Origin: Fidelibacterota bacterium
GTDB taxonomy: Bacteria; Fidelibacterota; Marinisomatia; Marinisomatales; TCS56
Assembly: GCA_043822705.1 (NCBI GenBank)
Contig: JBDRBK010000017.1
Coordinates: 1 to 22,485, forward strand
Length of the DNA stretch: 22,485 nt
Reading direction: 5' to 3'
Under the pieces are notes generated by a model. That model was given only the letters and a program-made list of their open reading frames with translations. It was not told the DNA's origin and did no database searches. Shown here piece by piece: positions 18,464 to 22,485 of this stretch. The first letter of the stretch is position 1. Each line of letters opens with the position of its first letter. The position numbers and the translations under genes are program-made.

Positions 18464-19548
18464 AGGTCCTCTTCGAGTGCCAGCACTTGTATTACCTGCC
18501 GCAGTTCCTGCCGATCATCAGCGAATTGCAGCGGCGTGGCGGTTATGACATCGCCCTCTCATTGTCCCGAAAAACGACACCATCCGAGCAGGTTTCGTTC
18601 CGGCAGGTGACCGGCGGATTGAATATCACGGTTATCGATGCCCCCGCTGAGGCAGCCCGCCAGGAAAAACTAGCCATCGGCACTTACGATGTTATTTTTA
18701 TCGGTAATGTCGGGGGCATCAGAAATATCGCCGGACCCAAATCACTGGTGGTGATGGTTTACCACGGGATCGGCCTCAAGCAATCCTACTACCGTGACAT
18801 GGACGAGCGGGTCGATCTGCGGGCGGTGGAATCGGAAGCGCGGCTGCACGATCTGCAGGAAGCGGGCGCCGAAAATCTGGTCCTGACCGGCTTCACCAAG
18901 CTCGATCCCCTGGCAAATGCCATAAACACGCCCGACTTGACGACTGCTGATTTTGACCTCGACCACAGCCGCAAGACCCTGTTGTATGCTCCCACCTTCT
19001 ATCCGTCCTCGTTCGGAAAATTACTGCCGGTGTTGCCCCGACTCACGGATCACTTCAACATCCTGATCAAGTTGCATGCATTCGGCTGGCACCATCGCCG
19101 CTACCGCTGGCAGAGTCGGCAGGCCGCCAAGATCAGCGGAAGCAACGACCGGATCAGACTGGTCCCGCCGGATTTTTTCAACATCCTGCCCCTTTACCGG
19201 ATGGCGGACGGATTGATCTCGGGCCTGTCATCGACAATATTCGAGTACCTGGCGCTGGATCGGCCGATTGTCAAGACCGAATTCCATTCGCTGCGCCTGA
19301 AACACCGCCTGTTCCCGGCCCTGATCCGCCGGCGTTTGGACCGGAAGCGGGCGGCCGCCATCGATTTTACCTATCATCTGTACGATCCGGCCGAATTGCC
19401 GATGCTGACGACGGCTATTTTCCGGGGCAACGATGACCTGTCCCCACAGCGACGGCAGGCGGCTGAACGCTATCTGTACAAGCTGGACGGCCGCGCTTCG
19501 CAACGCCTGATCGACGCCGTGGAACAGCAGTTGATAAAGCGTAAATAA
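18457..19548 (+). CDS. TagF-like glycerophosphotransferase family protein 4
   Basis: VYHGIG, GFTKLD, LLYAPTF, IKLH, SSTIFEY, DGRASQRL. Overlaps the previous gene by 7 bp. Confidence 0.82.
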   Translation: MVKVLFECQHLYYLPQFLPIISELQRRGGYDIALSLSRKTTPSEQVSFRQVTGGLNITVIDAPAEAARQEKLAIGTYDVIFIGNVGGIRNIAGPKSLVVMVYHGIGLKQSYYRDMDERVDLRAVESEARLHDLQEAGAENLVLTGFTKLDPLANAINTPDLTTADFDLDHSRKTLLYAPTFYPSSFGKLLPVLPRLTDHFNILIKLHAFGWHHRRYRWQSRQAAKISGSNDRIRLVPPDFFNILPLYRMADGLISGLSSTIFEYLALDRPIVKTEFHSLRLKHRLFPALIRRRLDRKRAAAIDFTYHLYDPAELPMLTTAIFRGNDDLSPQRRQAAERYLYKLDGRASQRLIDAVEQQLIKRK

Positions 19549-19622
19549 AAAAATCGAGGTTTGATTTGTTCCTGATTGTGGTTGTTGCGTGTTATCATTT
19601 TCCGCTAATTTGGTGACCAATT

Positions 19623-20363
19623 ATGAAAGCAATCATTTTAGCCGCGGGCGTATCCCGTCGATTATACCCGGTAACCTACAACACTCCCAAATGCCTGCTG
19701 GAACTGGGCGGACGGGCGATCATCGATTACCAGCTCGAAGCGCTGCGTGAAAACGGCGTCACCGATATCACGATCGTCACCGGCTACCACCGGGAAAAAC
19801 TGGCGGCCTTTCTTGCCGCCAATTATTCCGATCTCCGGTTTGATTACGTGATCAACCAGCATTTTTTCGAAACCAACACCTCCTATTCGGTTTATTTGTG
19901 CGCGGACGTGATGAAATCCAGTGACACGATTTTGATGAACGCCGACGTACTGTATCCGCCGGAGGTACTGCGGCGGATCATCGCCAGCGCCAAACCAAAC
20001 GTGCTAGCGGTTGAAATCGTCGAATGCGACCGTGAAGAAGTGAAGGTAATCGAAGGAGCCGACCGGCGCATCGTGGCGATCGGTAAAGAACTGATCCCGG
20101 AAAACTGTCTCGGTGAATTCATCGGCGTCGCCAAATTTTCCGCTGCTTTCAACCGCAAATTCGCCGCCTCGCTGGAAAAACTGATCGATGCCGGCGGTAA
20201 AGCCGATTATTTCGAGGCCGCGATTCATCCTCTGCTGGCGGATAATCACGTGCACTATGTCGACATTTCCGATTTACCCTGCATCGAGATCGATTTTATC
20301 GAAGATTATCACCGCGCCAAACAGTTGGCTCAATCGAATCTTTTTGCCCCCGCTGATAATTAA
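19623..20363 (+). CDS. Phosphocholine cytidylyltransferase-like (LicC/PntC-like) NTP transferase
   Basis: MKAIILAAGVSRRL..T..PKCLL, NADVLY, EEVKV, GEFIGVAKF, IEIDFIEDY. Confidence 0.85.
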   Translation: MKAIILAAGVSRRLYPVTYNTPKCLLELGGRAIIDYQLEALRENGVTDITIVTGYHREKLAAFLAANYSDLRFDYVINQHFFETNTSYSVYLCADVMKSSDTILMNADVLYPPEVLRRIIASAKPNVLAVEIVECDREEVKVIEGADRRIVAIGKELIPENCLGEFIGVAKFSAAFNRKFAASLEKLIDAGGKADYFEAAIHPLLADNHVHYVDISDLPCIEIDFIEDYHRAKQLAQSNLFAPADN

Positions 20364-20383
20364 CAACAAATTGAGACTTTTCC

Positions 20384-21607
20384 TTGCCTGAGATTTACCC
20401 CTTCCGTGGCTGGTATTATAACCAATCCCTGATAAACGACCTGAGCAGCGTCGTCACACCGCCCTACGATAATATCGCCGCCGAGGACGAACAGAACTAC
20501 CGCGACGCCTCGGAATTCAATTTCATCCACCTGATTCTCAATGACGCCCCCGGTGAAGCGCGCTATCCTGCCGCCGCCCGGGTGCTGGCGGACTGGACCA
20601 CCCGGAACATCCTGGTTCGGGACGAAACACCGGCTTTATACCTGCTAGCCCAGACCTGCCGCCGGGACGGCCGGGAGGTCACACGTACCGGCGTGATCGC
20701 CGAATTGCAATTAGAGGAATTGGGAACCGGTGTTCTGCCCCACGAACGGACTTTCCCCAAACACATTCTGGACCGCTATCGCCTGATGGAAACCACCAGC
20801 GCCAACTTGGGACAGATTTTCATGAGTTACCGGGATCCGCAGCGGGCGCTGGGCCAGGTTGCCGCTGAGCAGGCCGGTATAACGCCTATGCTGGATTTTT
20901 ACCTGGATAATATCCATTTCCAGGTGTGGCGAATCACCGACCTTGGCGCAATCGACCGGATTCAGACGGCGGTCCGTCGCGGTCCAGCCATCATTGCCGA
21001 CGGGCACCATCGCTACAAAACCGCCCTGCAATTTTACCACGACCATCCGAATATGGCGGGCGCCGACCGGGTCATGGTCACGCTGGTCAACGCCTACGAT
21101 CCGGGAATGGAGATTCTGCCAATTCACCGGCTTGTCAAGGAGGTCACGCTCCCCCCGGCCCGCCTGCGTCAGGAGTTGGCGGAGCGCTTCCGCCTGACGG
21201 AATTTGACTCGGTGGCCAATTTAGCCGATGCCCTGGAAACGCCTGCCACCGGTCAAACACGCATTGGCCTGCATGACTGCCGGAATGGCGCCAGCCTGCT
21301 GCTGGAGCGTAGCGCCGCTCCCGATACCCTGGACGCGGTCGTTCTGCACGGACAGATCCTGCACGATCTGCTGGGGATCGAAACCGGTGACAGCTCCGCC
21401 CCCGATCAGGTGACCTATCTGCGTGGCACTGCGATTCTCGATCACATGGACCGGCATGGTCGGGATTACGATCTGGTGGCCCTGCTGCGAACGCCGGATT
21501 TGGACCTGGTATTCCGCCTGGCAGAACAGGGACGCGTAATGCCGCAAAAAACCACTTTCTTCTTTCCCAAGGTCTACTCGGGGTTAATCATTCGTCGCTT
21601 CAACTGA
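20384..21607 (+). CDS. DUF1015 family protein
   Basis: TTG start. IYPFRG, PPYD, PHERT, IIADGHHRY and MPQKTTFFFPK are characteristic of DUF1015. Confidence 0.88.
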   Translation: MPEIYPFRGWYYNQSLINDLSSVVTPPYDNIAAEDEQNYRDASEFNFIHLILNDAPGEARYPAAARVLADWTTRNILVRDETPALYLLAQTCRRDGREVTRTGVIAELQLEELGTGVLPHERTFPKHILDRYRLMETTSANLGQIFMSYRDPQRALGQVAAEQAGITPMLDFYLDNIHFQVWRITDLGAIDRIQTAVRRGPAIIADGHHRYKTALQFYHDHPNMAGADRVMVTLVNAYDPGMEILPIHRLVKEVTLPPARLRQELAERFRLTEFDSVANLADALETPATGQTRIGLHDCRNGASLLLERSAAPDTLDAVVLHGQILHDLLGIETGDSSAPDQVTYLRGTAILDHMDRHGRDYDLVALLRTPDLDLVFRLAEQGRVMPQKTTFFFPKVYSGLIIRRFN

Positions 21608-21853
21608 AAAACAACTTTGTTTTTCTCGCTTACAACCGGATACTACCTGTAATTTTCAGGCAACAGGCATGTTAATTATGCACAGATTGTTGAAAACAAA
21701 CAGCGGTAAACACCACCAACTCATATAGTTTACGGCGATGAACTGTATCCTCCGCCCGACTCGCTATTCTTTTCGCAGCCTAAATTTTTCAATTTCAGGC
21801 CGACCCCAGGTTCCGGCCGGCAAAATCATCCAATCCCCTTCAAGGAGCAAACT

Positions 21854-22485
21854 ATGAGTATCGATCTCAAACTCGAAAATCTGGACCAATTGTTTCCCGC
21901 CAGTTTCAGCCAGGAACAGATCGCCAAGGCGAAAACACTGTTCCTGAAACATTTGGCCTACAGTGCCCACAAATTTTACGGTGGCAAGATGCAGACTATA
22001 CCCAAGGCCGGCGTTTTCGGCTTCAACTGGTTCAATGTCTGGTACACACCCGGCGTCTCCAAGATTTCGACTACTATCCGCGATGACAACGACACCAGTT
22101 TCGATTTGAGTAACCGCGGCAATCTGGTGGCGGTGGTCAGCGATTCTACCCGCGTGCTGGGCGACGGCAATTGCACACCCCCCGGCGGCCTCGGTGTCAT
22201 GGAAGGCAAAGCTTTCTTGATGAAATACCTGGGCGGCGTCGATGCCACCGCCCTGTGCATGGACAGTCGCAACGCAAAAGGCGAACACGATCCCGATACA
22301 ATTATCGAATTCGTGAAACGGCTGCAACCCAGCTTCGGCGCTATTAATCTGGAAGATATTTCCCAGCCCAATTGCTACAAGGTGCTGGATACGCTGCGCG
22401 AAGAATGTGATATCCCGGTCTGGCATGATGACGCCCAGGGCACCGGTTCGGTCACCCTGGCCGGATTGATCAACGCCCTGAAAGT
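21854..22485 (+). CDS. Malic enzyme (malate dehydrogenase, decarboxylating), 3'-partial
   Basis: AAGGAG then ATG 21854; frame open to the window end. YTPGV, VAVVSDSTRVLGDG, VMEGKA, INLEDI, WHDDAQGTG..TLAGLINALK. Absent from the ORF track because there is no stop. Confidence 0.92.
   Translation, partial: MSIDLKLENLDQLFPASFSQEQIAKAKTLFLKHLAYSAHKFYGGKMQTIPKAGVFGFNWFNVWYTPGVSKISTTIRDDNDTSFDLSNRGNLVAVVSDSTRVLGDGNCTPPGGLGVMEGKAFLMKYLGGVDATALCMDSRNAKGEHDPDTIIEFVKRLQPSFGAINLEDISQPNCYKVLDTLREECDIPVWHDDAQGTGSVTLAGLINALK

Noticed and set aside
21764..22426. 220-aa minus-strand ORF
   Set aside because: Antisense shadow of the plus-strand malic enzyme gene, which has an RBS and family motifs.

Overview
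Bacterial window, probably from a diderm organism (it encodes an outer-membrane porin, lipoproteins and an MsbA-like exporter). 1-6.9 kb: accessory stretch, AT-rich up to about 4.8 kb, with a partial TolB/PD40-like propeller protein, an FGE-sulfatase-domain lipoprotein, a ~1.1 kb non-coding gap with structured elements, a Reg_prop propeller lipoprotein, a CPBP protease and two GNATs. 6.9-21.6 kb: a large divergently organised phosphodiester surface-glycan locus. Its minus-strand operon encodes an RHH-like domain fused to a nucleotidyltransferase, a HxGH cytidylyltransferase, a GlpT/UhpC-type organophosphate MFS and an OprO/P-like porin, behind a sigma70 promoter overlapped by a 16-bp palindrome. 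Next come a small hairpin-rich element and a tandem-LicD gene. The plus-strand operon encodes an ABC flippase, four TagF-like proteins, a LicD, a LicC-like nucleotidyltransferase and DUF1015. The window ends in a partial malic enzyme gene. Best novelty candidates: the apparently self-regulated organophosphate/phosphonate import-and-activate operon, and a LicD and TagF-like gene pair in one frame separated by a single TGA, with no canonical start for the second gene's apparent N-terminus. All family calls are from motif recognition, not database searches.
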